This document shows, one piece after another, positions 19,324 through 29,593 of a DNA stretch of 64,000 nucleotides. This DNA is from Candidatus Gottesmanbacteria bacterium UBA6580 (GTDB lineage: Bacteria; Patescibacteriota; Microgenomatia; UBA10105; UBA927), in assembly GCA_002433895.1 (NCBI GenBank), contig DJJA01000006.1, positions 104,630 through 168,629 on the forward strand, written 5' to 3'. Both the position numbers and the translations under genes were made by a program. Below the pieces are notes generated by a model. That model was not told the DNA's origin. It made no database searches and saw only the letters and a list, made by a program, of their open reading frames with translations. Positions within the stretch are counted from its first letter, which is position 1, and each line of letters begins with the position of its first letter.

Positions 19324-19803
19324 CTATTTAATGTTATTTTCACTTACTAAGGATTTCAACGCATGCCCGAGATTTTCCGTATTTTTTAACTCATCTGCAG
19401 GAATCCATTTGTATGCCGTGTGTTCATTACTTAGGCGGACTGGGATATCATCAACAATACGCATTGCGACAGTATATCTATCAACTTTCTCATTCATGGA
19501 TGTCGTCACTTGCTGACGGGCAATAAACCGAAGCGTTTCGTTTCCTGTGGGTAACCAACCAATTTCCTCGCGCAATTCTCGACACAACTCTGGGTGTAAC
19601 GCTCCGCCGCCAGTGATTGAAGCAATATCGATATTTTTTTCTACTCTTCCGCCGGGTATATCCCAATACGCTTCTCCGTCACCATATACCTCAGGATTCC
19701 GCTTTAACAAAAGCACCTCATCTCGAGAGTTGAAAATTAACACCTTAACTCCTATTTGAGAAGGTTTAATTTTATATTCTTTGAACTGTTCATTTTCAGT
19801 CAT
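19324..19803 (-). CDS. NUDIX hydrolase
   Basis: VLLLKR, WDIPGGRVE..RELREEIG (Nudix box with insertion), LSNEH..YKW. Confidence 0.88.
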   Translation of the reverse strand: MTENEQFKEYKIKPSQIGVKVLIFNSRDEVLLLKRNPEVYGDGEAYWDIPGGRVEKNIDIASITGGGALHPELCRELREEIGWLPTGNETLRFIARQQVTTSMNEKVDRYTVAMRIVDDIPVRLSNEHTAYKWIPADELKNTENLGHALKSLVSENNIK

Positions 19804-19900
19804 ACTTTGCAGATCAAATATTTTTTTACTTTTCCCAATTCGTAATAAAGAATTATAGCATGTGTAAGAGCCGCACCGGTGGTATACTTAGAGCTTCCTT

Positions 19901-21523
19901 ATGCTTATTACTGCCCTCCAATTATCGAAAACTATCGGCGCCAAAACGCTGTTTACCGATCTGGATTTCCATATCGCGCCAAACGAAAAAGTAGCGCTCA
20001 TCGGCCGCAACGGTCAGGGCAAGTCCACACTTTTACATATCATCGGCGGGTTGGACACCGACTTTACGGGCTCACTGACCCGCAAGAAAAATCTCCGTAC
20101 AGTGCTTACCAAACAGGAACACTTAACCGACAATACGCTTTCGGCACTCGACTATATCCTCAAAAGTGTCCCCCATTATATCGAATACGAAAAAGTATTG
20201 ACCGGATTTGAAAAAGAACACCACACCGATATGCACCGCTACACCGAGGCAGTCGATTACTTTTCGGAACACGGCTACTACTATATAAAAGACCTGATTA
20301 TGGGAACCCTTAACGATTTCCAGATAACAGACGAGAAAGCCAATCACCCGCTTGTGACGCTGTCCGGCGGCGAAAAACGGTTTGTGGAACTTACCCGCAT
20401 GATGTATTCGCAGGCGGAGCTCTTACTCATCGACGAACCGACCAATCACATGGACTATGTGGGGAAAGAACAATTTATTTCCTGGATGCTCACGGTAGAG
20501 GCAGGAGTGCTGGTCGTCACCCATGACCGCGATGTATTAAAACACGTCGATCGTATTATCGAACTTAAAGATCAGCATATCTCCTCGTACAAAGGAAATT
20601 ATGAACAGTACCTCAAGCTCAATACCGCGCAAACCACGAGCTCGGTTGTGAACTACCAGAACCAGATGAAAAAGCTTGCCGATGCCAAAAAGCGGGTGGA
20701 ATGGGGCTTACAAATGCGTGCCAAAAGCAAAGCATGGAAGGTGCGCTACGATCACTGGGTCAAAGATTACGAAAAGATTAAATCCGAAACCGTGAAGCCA
20801 TCGTTTTGGATAGATCAAGATTCTGTCGCCGATCTCGACAAAGCCGTATCGGATTCGTACCACAAGTTCAAAGAGAAAAATGTGCGCATCAGTGTCCCCA
20901 CGAGCAAAGAAAAAATAAGTCAGCTGGTGGGTGTAAAAAATTTGTCGCTTGGCTATAACGGTCCCCTGTTTGCCGATATCACGTTTGCTTTTGGCAGCAC
21001 CCAGCGGCTATTTATTAAAGGAAGAAACGGCGCGGGCAAAAGCACGCTCGTCAAAACGGTCATCTCCCGCTACCACGGCGAAACCCCGCAGGCAACCATA
21101 TTTGAAGGGGAAATCAAACTCGCGTCAAATTTACGTATCGGGCAGTATAACCAAGAGCTTGACCCCATCTATCTCGAACAGACATTGGAGCAGGCAATAA
21201 ATAATGTATACGCGAGCCTCAATATCCCCATTGATGTAGGGAAAGTAAAAAGCACGATGTCCCAATATCTCTTTGATCCCGTCGTGGACGCGAGGCAAAA
21301 AATTATTGACCTGTCCGGAGGACAAAAAGCGCGGTTTCAACTGATCAAAATGTTTGCCAACAAACCCAATCTCCTTATCTTGGATGAGCCGACCAACCAC
21401 TTGGATTTACCGTCTATCGAAGAGCTGGAAAACGCGCTGCAAGACTATGACGGCGGCATACTGTATATCTCCCACGACACAAGCTTTATTTCCAAACTCG
21501 GCGGCGAAATCGTAGAAATCTAA
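19901..21523 (+). CDS. ABC-F family ATPase
   Basis: Two NBDs (GRNGQGKST, LSGGE, DEPTNH; GRNGAGKST, LSGGQ, DEPTNHLD); no TM segments. Confidence 0.93.
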   Translation: MLITALQLSKTIGAKTLFTDLDFHIAPNEKVALIGRNGQGKSTLLHIIGGLDTDFTGSLTRKKNLRTVLTKQEHLTDNTLSALDYILKSVPHYIEYEKVLTGFEKEHHTDMHRYTEAVDYFSEHGYYYIKDLIMGTLNDFQITDEKANHPLVTLSGGEKRFVELTRMMYSQAELLLIDEPTNHMDYVGKEQFISWMLTVEAGVLVVTHDRDVLKHVDRIIELKDQHISSYKGNYEQYLKLNTAQTTSSVVNYQNQMKKLADAKKRVEWGLQMRAKSKAWKVRYDHWVKDYEKIKSETVKPSFWIDQDSVADLDKAVSDSYHKFKEKNVRISVPTSKEKISQLVGVKNLSLGYNGPLFADITFAFGSTQRLFIKGRNGAGKSTLVKTVISRYHGETPQATIFEGEIKLASNLRIGQYNQELDPIYLEQTLEQAINNVYASLNIPIDVGKVKSTMSQYLFDPVVDARQKIIDLSGGQKARFQLIKMFANKPNLLILDEPTNHLDLPSIEELENALQDYDGGILYISHDTSFISKLGGEIVEI

Positions 21524-21584
21524 AACCCCCGCAATCCGATTGCTCTTCCTCTATGTTCGCTCTACAATGGATATAAGGAAGTCT

Positions 21585-22520
21585 ATGCTGCCCCCCGATC
21601 AGATACTTGCTGACATCAAAGCCCTCAAAATCCAGGGAGCGACCAATGTCGCGCTCGCCGTCCTTGACGCACTTAGTAAGGCAATCGAAGAGCAACCCGA
21701 CATTTCCTGTTTTGAATTAACCAAACTCGGCGAGATACTTGCCTATGCCCGCCCCACGGAGCCGCTGGCGCAAAATGCCGTGCGTTATATAAGCGCGGGG
21801 TGTACGGAAGAAGCCACCAAGCGAATAGCCGCCTACAAAACGTATATAGAAAAAGGAAAGCTTACTATCCCCCAAATTGGCGTGCCGCTCTTGAGTGATG
21901 GCGGGACATATCTTACGCTTTGCCATTCCTCCACCACCGTAAAGTTATTTACGGCAGCGCGAGCGAAAGGTGCGTATTTTTCGCTTTATGTTGCAGAAAC
22001 CCGACCCCGTTTCCAGGGGCGCATTACCGCCAAAGAACTGCTTGACGCGGGTTTTGATGACGTGACGATGACGGTCGATGACGTGGCCGTGTCACTTATC
22101 GAAGGGCGGATCGGCAAAATCGATGCCGTATTTATCGGCGCTGACCTTATTAACGACAAAGGGTTTGTCAACAAAATCGGTTCGCTCGCCGTCACTGCCG
22201 CCGCCAAACGGAAACATATCCCGGTCTATGTCCTTACCACGCTATTAAAATACGACCCCACCCCGTTTTCGCCCGCGATGATCGAAACCCGGAACAGCGA
22301 GGAAATTTGGAAGGAAGCTCCGGACAATCTGAAGTTTTACTCACCCGCGTTTGATTACGTATCATACATGAGTAACGTCCACGTGGTGTGCGAAGATGGC
22401 GTGATACCCGGTAAGCAGGTAAAAAAAGCGACAAATAAACACTATCCTTTTGTATTCGAAACAGGGTATGATAAATATCTGCACTATGGCAAATCGGTAT
22501 ATCCACTATCTCGCCCTTAA
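21585..22520 (+). CDS. ribose-1,5-bisphosphate isomerase (eIF-2B family)
   Basis: IQGA, ARPTEP, LTLCHS (catalytic Cys), ETRP..QG, GAD (catalytic Asp), NKIG; adjacent to RuBisCO. Confidence 0.88.
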   Translation: MLPPDQILADIKALKIQGATNVALAVLDALSKAIEEQPDISCFELTKLGEILAYARPTEPLAQNAVRYISAGCTEEATKRIAAYKTYIEKGKLTIPQIGVPLLSDGGTYLTLCHSSTTVKLFTAARAKGAYFSLYVAETRPRFQGRITAKELLDAGFDDVTMTVDDVAVSLIEGRIGKIDAVFIGADLINDKGFVNKIGSLAVTAAAKRKHIPVYVLTTLLKYDPTPFSPAMIETRNSEEIWKEAPDNLKFYSPAFDYVSYMSNVHVVCEDGVIPGKQVKKATNKHYPFVFETGYDKYLHYGKSVYPLSRP

Positions 22521-23724
22521 CGAAGAGGTCGATAAGACGAAACACATCATCGCCACGTTTACGCTACATGTAGAAGGCGAACCGTTTGATAAAACTGCCG
22601 GAGGGGTCGCGGCGGAATCCTCGGTCGGCACATGGACAGACATCGGACTCGAGGAAAAAGCGATCTGGGACAAACTCCATGCTAAGGTCATCGACATGGA
22701 CGAAAGCACAGGACGCATCGTGGTCGCGTATCCTTTGGATTTATTTGAGGCAGGCAGCATCCCTCAGCTCCTCTCCTCTATCACGGGAAACGTTTTCGGA
22801 CTAAAAGAAATCGTCGGGCTGCGGCTCGAAGACCTCGATTTTCCGGAAGTATTTGTGAAATCCTTTCCGGGACCCGCGCTGGGTATCGAGGGCATCCGTG
22901 CACTCACCGGAGTGAAAGACGCACCGCTTACGGGCTCCATCATCAAACCCAAACTGGGGCTCACCAGTGTCCGCCACGCGGAAGCGTGTATGGAAGTATG
23001 GGACGGCGGGGTGAACCTCGTCAAAGACGATGAAAACCTCGCCAACATGGCGTTTGATAATTTCTACACCCGGGTCGATGAAGTAACCCGACGGATGAAA
23101 GAAAAAAATTATCTGGAAATCGGGAAAGCAAAAATCCACGCTTTCAATATCACCGCAAGCTACGAAGAAATGATGAAACGCGCAAACTACGTACGTGACA
23201 GCGGTGCAAACTGTCTGATGATCGATGTATTAACCGCGGGCTTTGCCGCCACCCAAGGGATACGGAATAGAAACTACGGACTGATGATCCACGGGCACCG
23301 CGCCATGCACGCGGCATTCACCCGCTCCAAAGTATTCGGCATCTCGATGCTCGTGATCGCCAAACTCGCGAGACTAGCCGGCATCGATTCGTTCCACACG
23401 GGTACCGTGGTCGGCAAAATGGAGGGCGGGAAAGAAGAAGTAGTCACCATTAATAATTTCCTGCGCAGTGAGTGGTATGGCTTGAAAACCACACTCCCCA
23501 CGGCGTCGGGCGGACTGCACCCGGGACACATCCCTGATCTTGTTTCCATCCTCGGCAAAGACCTGCTTATGAACTTCGGCGGCGGCATCCACGGGCATCC
23601 TGACGGAACCCCCGCAGGAGCACGGGCAATCGTCCAGTCACTTAACGCGACGTTAGCAGGTATTCCCCTGTCAGAAGCCAAAGACAGCCCCGAACTGCAG
23701 CGGGCACTGGAAAAGTGGCAATAA
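22486..23724 (+). CDS. rbcL: RuBisCO large subunit, form III-type
   Basis: AAESSVGTW, GNVFG, IKPKLG, KDDE, HGHRAMH, HTGT..GKM, SGG, GGG.HGHP: the catalytic residues of bona fide RuBisCO. Confidence 0.93.
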   Translation: MANRYIHYLALNEEVDKTKHIIATFTLHVEGEPFDKTAGGVAAESSVGTWTDIGLEEKAIWDKLHAKVIDMDESTGRIVVAYPLDLFEAGSIPQLLSSITGNVFGLKEIVGLRLEDLDFPEVFVKSFPGPALGIEGIRALTGVKDAPLTGSIIKPKLGLTSVRHAEACMEVWDGGVNLVKDDENLANMAFDNFYTRVDEVTRRMKEKNYLEIGKAKIHAFNITASYEEMMKRANYVRDSGANCLMIDVLTAGFAATQGIRNRNYGLMIHGHRAMHAAFTRSKVFGISMLVIAKLARLAGIDSFHTGTVVGKMEGGKEEVVTINNFLRSEWYGLKTTLPTASGGLHPGHIPDLVSILGKDLLMNFGGGIHGHPDGTPAGARAIVQSLNATLAGIPLSEAKDSPELQRALEKWQ

Positions 23725-23730
23725 ACCTCC

Positions 23731-23749
23731 GCCCACTCCCGATGTGGGC
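23731..23749 (+). repeat. 19-bp palindromic REP-like element
   Basis: GCCCACTCCCGATGTGGGC; exact inverted copy at 40702-40720. Confidence 0.7.
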
Positions 23750-23848
23750 TTGTGTTTGAAGCCTCAAGTTATGAAAAACTTGCTGAATGATCCCACCCTG
23801 ACGCCCTATTTACCCACATCTCCGCTTCAGTTATAATAGCTATAGGAT

Positions 23849-25174
23849 ATGTACAATGATCTTCTCTTACGGTTTGGGTTGAGTTTCCTCGTGGGCGCCA
23901 TCGTGGGGCTCGAGCGCGAGTACCAGCACGATGAAAAAGGGTCGCGCATGAAGCGCGAAACCTCCATGGGTATCCGCACCTACTCGCTCATCTCATTTTT
24001 GGGCGGCGTATGCGGCTGGCTCACGGTGACGGGTAACCTGCTCGGCTTAGTTGCCGCACTACTCACTGGTGCCATGCTTGTTTCCTACTATATTATGTCC
24101 AGCCTACACACGCGGGATCACGGGCCCACGTCGGAAATCGGCGCTATCGCCGTCTTTTTTATGGGGGCGCTTCTTTTCTTCCCTCAGTTTCCGATCGCTC
24201 TCGTGTTTGCCACGACGTTTGTGATCACGTTTCTGTTGTCCCGCAAAGAGGAAATCAAATCCAAAATCCGGACACTCCACAGCTTTGAAACCAATGCGTT
24301 TGTGCTCTACGGCATCATCGCGCTAGTCATCCTGCCGTTTTTACCAAATACCTGGATACACTTGGGTGATCTCAAACTCGTCAATGAACTTGCCGCCGCA
24401 TACAACGCGCCGCTTAACCGGTTTGCGTCTATCGAACTGGTAAACCCCTATCGCTTGTGGCTGGTGGTGACGCTTATCACGGGTATCGACCTTTTGGGCT
24501 ACGGATTGCAAAAGCTCCTCGGCGGGAAAAAGGGATGGTTACTTGCGGCAATCAGTGGCGGATTTATTTCTTCTACTGCTGCCACCTTAGCGCTCGCCCA
24601 ACGAAGCAAAAAAATGACCGATGTCACCGCACTCGTCACCGCAGCGGTGCTATCAAATACAACGAGCTTTGTGCAAATGATGCTCCTTATCTTGCCCCTT
24701 AACGCCGCGTTTTTCACCCACAGCTCGCTGTTTTTTGCCTCCCTTCTCGGGACGGGCATTATTGTCAGCGCGTTACTCCACTTCCGCTCTGGTAACGCAA
24801 CGAACGAAACAAAAGCCGCAACTTCTATTTTTTCGCTGCAGTCCGCGCTCAAGTTTGCCGTTATCTTCAGTCTTATCCGCACTGGCTCACAACTGGCGCG
24901 CCAGCTATTTGGGGAAAGCGGCGTTATCATCACGAGCGCCGTGGGTGCGATCGCCGGCATGGACGCGGTAACCATAACGCTTGCCGACATGGCAGGTAAA
25001 TCGCTCTCCTTTACCAACGCATTGGCGGCACTTGCGGTGGCAAATACCGTGAACCTCAGTATGAAAATCTTTTATGCCAAAACCAGCGGGTCGCCCGCGT
25101 TTTTCCGACTGTTTGCCATTGCTATAGCGACGATTATTATTGCCAGCGTACTCACGCTCCTTTGGATCAAATAA
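23849..25174 (+). CDS. MgtC/SapB family membrane protein (with DUF4010-like C-terminal part)
   Basis: GAIVGLERE, GIRTY, LPFLPN, GGFISSTA. Confidence 0.85.
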   Translation: MYNDLLLRFGLSFLVGAIVGLEREYQHDEKGSRMKRETSMGIRTYSLISFLGGVCGWLTVTGNLLGLVAALLTGAMLVSYYIMSSLHTRDHGPTSEIGAIAVFFMGALLFFPQFPIALVFATTFVITFLLSRKEEIKSKIRTLHSFETNAFVLYGIIALVILPFLPNTWIHLGDLKLVNELAAAYNAPLNRFASIELVNPYRLWLVVTLITGIDLLGYGLQKLLGGKKGWLLAAISGGFISSTAATLALAQRSKKMTDVTALVTAAVLSNTTSFVQMMLLILPLNAAFFTHSSLFFASLLGTGIIVSALLHFRSGNATNETKAATSIFSLQSALKFAVIFSLIRTGSQLARQLFGESGVIITSAVGAIAGMDAVTITLADMAGKSLSFTNALAALAVANTVNLSMKIFYAKTSGSPAFFRLFAIAIATIIIASVLTLLWIK

Positions 25175-25200
25175 ACACATAGTTACGGTAGAATATGTGT

Positions 25201-25425
25201 ATGTACGTATCGGTAATTACCCACCCCAACGCAAAACGGCCACGAATAGAAGAAGATCTGACCGGTATACTGCATGTCTATGTCAACGCTCCCCCGCTCG
25301 AAGGCAAGGCAAATAGGGCGGCAATCGAAGCCATTGCGGACTACTACAACGTAAAGAAAAGCGCTGTCACACTCCTTTCCGGCCACACATCAAAGAATAA
25401 ACGGTTTGAAATACTGGGGTTATAA
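25201..25425 (+). CDS. DUF167 (YggU) family protein
   Basis: PNAK, V.APP.EGKAN, V.L.SG.TSK.K. Confidence 0.9.
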   Translation: MYVSVITHPNAKRPRIEEDLTGILHVYVNAPPLEGKANRAAIEAIADYYNVKKSAVTLLSGHTSKNKRFEILGL

Positions 25426-25432
25426 ACCTTCT

Positions 25433-26146
25433 TTAACGGAGAAACATCGCCCACGCCATCATCAGCAACAGTGACACACTCGTGACGATAGTGATAACCC
25501 GCGCGGCTTTTGCGCCGAGGAGTTCCGAAAGCCGGATCACCAGAATAAGCAACACAAACTGTGCTTCCCAAATAATGAGCGGCGGATAATGTACAACTCC
25601 CGGGGTCACCGGTACGTCTCCCGGAATAAGCCACGACATAATCGTCTTTTGCTTCAGGACAACCATATGAAACGCGATAAGCGCAAACGCTATCCGGGCT
25701 CCCCAATATTGCAGTTGCCACCAAAGTTTCGCACCCAACGCGAGCGTGGCATATCTGTTGGAAATAATAAGTAACACAAAAAGCACGATGAGTGCTTCCA
25801 GTCCCGGGTATGCCGACCACGGGCGGGATGAATACAACCCCCAAGGACCATTTCGCGCGAGCGGGAACATCACCAGATATACGTGTAAAAATCCCGTAAA
25901 AAAGCTCATGATACCAACCTCTTTGCGGTACTTAAGCGCCCAATCAAACCGGTTAAACAACCGTGACAACGGTCCCAGAAGAAGCACCGTACCAAGAAGA
26001 AACAATGTGCTTGCCGCCAGACTCACATTGAGTGCGGATAGCCCGGCAGCACCTGAAGCGATCACTTCTACTTCATATAAACCCAGCACTAACGCGACCG
26101 CGAATAACCCTGCATACACATACTGGAGGATATCGTTTCTGAGCAT
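25433..26146 (-). CDS. ferric reductase-like / MsrQ-like heme membrane protein
   Basis: PL, YRKEVG, TM His residues, SN..A...LG..W..LQ. Confidence 0.75.
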   Translation of the reverse strand: MLRNDILQYVYAGLFAVALVLGLYEVEVIASGAAGLSALNVSLAASTLFLLGTVLLLGPLSRLFNRFDWALKYRKEVGIMSFFTGFLHVYLVMFPLARNGPWGLYSSRPWSAYPGLEALIVLFVLLIISNRYATLALGAKLWWQLQYWGARIAFALIAFHMVVLKQKTIMSWLIPGDVPVTPGVVHYPPLIIWEAQFVLLILVIRLSELLGAKAARVITIVTSVSLLLMMAWAMFLR

Positions 26147-26168
26147 CGTACAATTATTGTACCATCGC

Positions 26169-27149
26169 TCACACTATTTGTGCTGCCTTCAATTCCTTTA
26201 GAAGCGCGAGTATTTCATCTGCGGAGTTTGTCGCCATAGCCCGCACGCGCCAGTCGGTCGCGCCATGAAAATTGTTGACATAAATTTTGTAAAACTTTTT
26301 GAGTATCGCATAGTTTTTGTGGTTTCCCCACACCTGGGTGAACAACCTGACGTGCCGCTCCATGACATCCAGGAGTTCGCGCGGTGTCCCCACGTGTGGC
26401 GTGTCTGATGTATCAAACGCCCAGGGATTTTGAAATATTCCCCGCCCAATCATGATGCCGTCTACACCATACATGTTATATTTTTCTCTCGCGTCACTCG
26501 CATCCTTCACGTCCCCGTTTCCGATAATCACCGTATGTACCTTCATGCGGTCACGGAGCGCAACTAATTTACCGATCTCTTCCCATCTCGCGGGGACTTT
26601 GGATAATTCCTTGGCGGTCCGGGCATGGAGTGTCAGTGCATCAAGTCCCTGTTCGAGCAGAAACGGAAGCCACGTATCCGCGACGCTCTTTTTATTTCCC
26701 AACCTTGTTTTCACACTAATGGGTATCGGTTTTCCCGCTGCAGCAATCCCATCTTTGATCGCTTGTATAGCAGCGGCTGCGACATCGGGGCTATCAATCA
26801 TCGCCGCTCCTCCACCGTGGAGCATCACCGTTTTATCAGGGCAGCCCATATTTATATCAATCCCATCAAATCCCATACCTGCCACTTCTTTGGCGGTTTG
26901 AAATAATGTCTCCGGATTTTTACCCCAAATCTGGGCAATAATTGGTTTTTCTTCCGGGGTGTAGACAAAATTATCCGCAACCGCCCGTCTCCCCGGCGAA
27001 CAAAATCCATCGGCAGAGGTAAACTCGGTAAAAAATACATCGGGCTTCGCGCATGAAGCGACAATGCGCCGGAATACCGTATCAGCCACCCCTTCGAGGG
27101 GTGCCAACACAAGAAACGGTTTTGGTAGTGAACGCCAGAATTCCATCAT
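26169..27149 (-). CDS. dus: tRNA-dihydrouridine synthase
   Basis: LAPLEG, DINMGCP, SVKTRLG, HART, GNGD, GIMIGRG. Confidence 0.93.
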   Translation of the reverse strand: MMEFWRSLPKPFLVLAPLEGVADTVFRRIVASCAKPDVFFTEFTSADGFCSPGRRAVADNFVYTPEEKPIIAQIWGKNPETLFQTAKEVAGMGFDGIDINMGCPDKTVMLHGGGAAMIDSPDVAAAAIQAIKDGIAAAGKPIPISVKTRLGNKKSVADTWLPFLLEQGLDALTLHARTAKELSKVPARWEEIGKLVALRDRMKVHTVIIGNGDVKDASDAREKYNMYGVDGIMIGRGIFQNPWAFDTSDTPHVGTPRELLDVMERHVRLFTQVWGNHKNYAILKKFYKIYVNNFHGATDWRVRAMATNSADEILALLKELKAAQIV

Positions 27150-27186
27150 ACGATTGTATCAAAGATATGGATGTATACACGCATCA

Positions 27187-28293
27187 CTACGCTACTTCCA
27201 CCCGCATACGCAGCCTCCGGAGATTATTGGGGAGTGCCGCTAACAAATCCATTGCCTCGCCATGCTCATGATGGTCGGGGTTCATCCGGTTTTTTGTGGC
27301 GCTACCGCAATGCAGTAACGTGCCGAACGTCATCGCCGCAGCCAATATGTCGTTTCCATGCTCCAATTGTGATTGTTTCCAAATATTCACCAACTCCAAA
27401 ACAAACTGCATACGCAGCTCATTATTTACCCCGCAGCTCCGGTAAAAATCAGCAACATCAGTAATAAGCGCTAATACAGAATTTCGTGAGGCACCACTAT
27501 GCTCATAATCCAACACTGTTATTCCTGCTTCGTTCGGTTTGCGGCGCCTCGCTAATCCTAAATTCGTGAGCGCATAATCATTGTGGACAAATTTCTCTGC
27601 CAGTTCACGGTCGCCGGATTCTATCTCATCCACGACACTTTTTCTCACCCGTGTCACAATACGGCGCAAGTCCGGAGCCCGCTCCAAATATGGAACATAG
27701 ACAACCGGGAGACGTTTTGCAAATAATCTACGCTCACACCCGTGCCAGAGGTCAAAAAACGAAGACGCGTTTTTGTTGCGGGGATCATGACGTTGCAAAA
27801 ACGACGTATCCTGGTTTGCGGGTATCTGTTTTAGTGCGTCTCCGGCAAACGCCATGGCGACACGTCGACCAGTCATTGGATGTACACGGTCAAGCTGGGT
27901 CTTGCTAGAAAATAGTCTGCAAGCCCGCTGCTTGAGACGTTCAAACACGACTAACCCCAGCCCCTCATCAGACTCAGTATATGGTTGAAGTACATTCACC
28001 GAACGGATACCCATGGCTCCCGCAAGTGCGGTTACCTGCGCCTCACGCCGTAATTCTTCACCAGAAGCGGACGTTCCCACCGCCATTTTAAAAAACCCAC
28101 CCGTAGCCCAGTCGGGGTGACGCAGATGGCCCAACAAAAAACGTTCCGACCCGGCTAAATAACCCTGCGCGTTTATAAAGGCTACATGTCGCCCGCGTGG
28201 AACCAGCGTCTGGACATGCTGCTTAAGCTCGTCAGGACGAGTAAAAATCGCTGGCGTATGACTATGCGCTGTGCGCCGCTCTGGAAAAACCAT
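27187..28293 (-). CDS. phosphotransferase/kinase-like protein (APH/choline kinase fold)
   Basis: FFK, REA, FVHND...N, VLDYE. Confidence 0.6.
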   Translation of the reverse strand: MVFPERRTAHSHTPAIFTRPDELKQHVQTLVPRGRHVAFINAQGYLAGSERFLLGHLRHPDWATGGFFKMAVGTSASGEELRREAQVTALAGAMGIRSVNVLQPYTESDEGLGLVVFERLKQRACRLFSSKTQLDRVHPMTGRRVAMAFAGDALKQIPANQDTSFLQRHDPRNKNASSFFDLWHGCERRLFAKRLPVVYVPYLERAPDLRRIVTRVRKSVVDEIESGDRELAEKFVHNDYALTNLGLARRRKPNEAGITVLDYEHSGASRNSVLALITDVADFYRSCGVNNELRMQFVLELVNIWKQSQLEHGNDILAAAMTFGTLLHCGSATKNRMNPDHHEHGEAMDLLAALPNNLRRLRMRVEVA

Positions 28294-28395
28294 AGGAAAG
28301 AATTATATCAAAATAGATCACATCTCACTACCCACCTACGACATCTTTACATTAGTTTTCACACGGTGTATCGTGAAACACAGAGGAGTTAATGT

Positions 28396-29577
28396 ATGAA
28401 GAAATTATTGTCTACGCTTTTTATTCTCGTCTTACTGTCTGTCACTTTCTTTGTCCCCCAGGCACACGCCACCAGTGAACAACCACCCGTCACTGTCGTA
28501 TTGCTCCGCAATGAAACAATAAACCGCGATTATTTCGCTGCAGGTGATACGGTAACAGTCTCGGGCACCGTAAACGGCGACGCGTATATCGCAGGTGGCA
28601 CAGTCGTCATCGACGGTACGATTAACGGCGATCTTTTGGTCGCCGCAGGCACGGTACAGCTTAATGGCCCGGTGAAGAATGATGTCCGGGCAATTGCGGG
28701 TGCCATCATTTTTAGCAACACGGTTGGCGGCAATGTCACGCTCGGCACCGGTACCGCCACGGTAAATCCCGAAGCGCGTATCACAGGTAGTGTCCTTGCG
28801 GGCGCCGGAACACTGGATATATACGGATCCGTCGGTAAAGGTATCACTGCGGGAAGCGGCAATATCACCATCAACAACAAAGTTGGCGGTGATGTCATGG
28901 TTGCCGCCGAAATGCTTTCGTTCTTACCGAAATCAAATGTCAGCGGCGACGTGACATACTGGAGTGAAAATGAAGCAAGTGTTGCCTCAGGCGTTGTGAT
29001 GGCGGGTGATCTCGTCCGCCATGAACTTCCCAAACAGGAAGAACCCAAAGTAATCGGCAAAAAAGGCATGTTGGCGGGTGCTACCATGTTCGGCGGATTC
29101 GCGTTTGCCGGAGTAATAATCGCAGGACTTACCTTATTTGTTCTTGGACTTATTTTGAAGGCGTTACTGCCTAAGTTCACGGAGCGATCAGTGTCGCTTA
29201 TGCAGAAAAATCCATGGGGGTCATTTGGGCTTGGCATCGTCACGGTCATCATGTTACCCATACTCGCGGTGACGGCGATGATTACGGTCATCGGCTTTCC
29301 AATCGGACTCTTTTTATTGATGATGCTCTCGATTTTGTGTCTCGTAGGACACATCTATGCGGCGTTCTTTATCGGAAAAGGAATATTGACGAAATCCAAA
29401 GCAGAAGTACACCACGCATGGCACCTGCTCGTCGGATTAGTTGTCCTTGGGATATTTACCCTTATCCCCATCTTGGGATGGCTTGCCAAGGGAATATTTG
29501 TCCTGATCGGTACCGGAGCAATTCTCTTTGAGAAAAACTCTGTCTACCGCCAGATGCGCCTGAAGCACTTGGTATAA
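28396..29577 (+). CDS. exported bactofilin-like repeat protein with C-terminal TM bundle
   Basis: Signal peptide, repeated V.GD...AG..V.I.G beta-helix units, multiple TM helices. Confidence 0.78.
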   Translation: MKKLLSTLFILVLLSVTFFVPQAHATSEQPPVTVVLLRNETINRDYFAAGDTVTVSGTVNGDAYIAGGTVVIDGTINGDLLVAAGTVQLNGPVKNDVRAIAGAIIFSNTVGGNVTLGTGTATVNPEARITGSVLAGAGTLDIYGSVGKGITAGSGNITINNKVGGDVMVAAEMLSFLPKSNVSGDVTYWSENEASVASGVVMAGDLVRHELPKQEEPKVIGKKGMLAGATMFGGFAFAGVIIAGLTLFVLGLILKALLPKFTERSVSLMQKNPWGSFGLGIVTVIMLPILAVTAMITVIGFPIGLFLLMMLSILCLVGHIYAAFFIGKGILTKSKAEVHHAWHLLVGLVVLGIFTLIPILGWLAKGIFVLIGTGAILFEKNSVYRQMRLKHLV

Positions 29578-29593
29578 AAACCGGACACGTATA

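Noticed and set aside
22460-22520. 35-nt isomerase/rbcL overlap with a weak local duplication (KYLHY versus RYIHY) as a programmed frameshift fusion
   Set aside because: No slippery sequence or stimulatory structure, and rbcL has its own ATG
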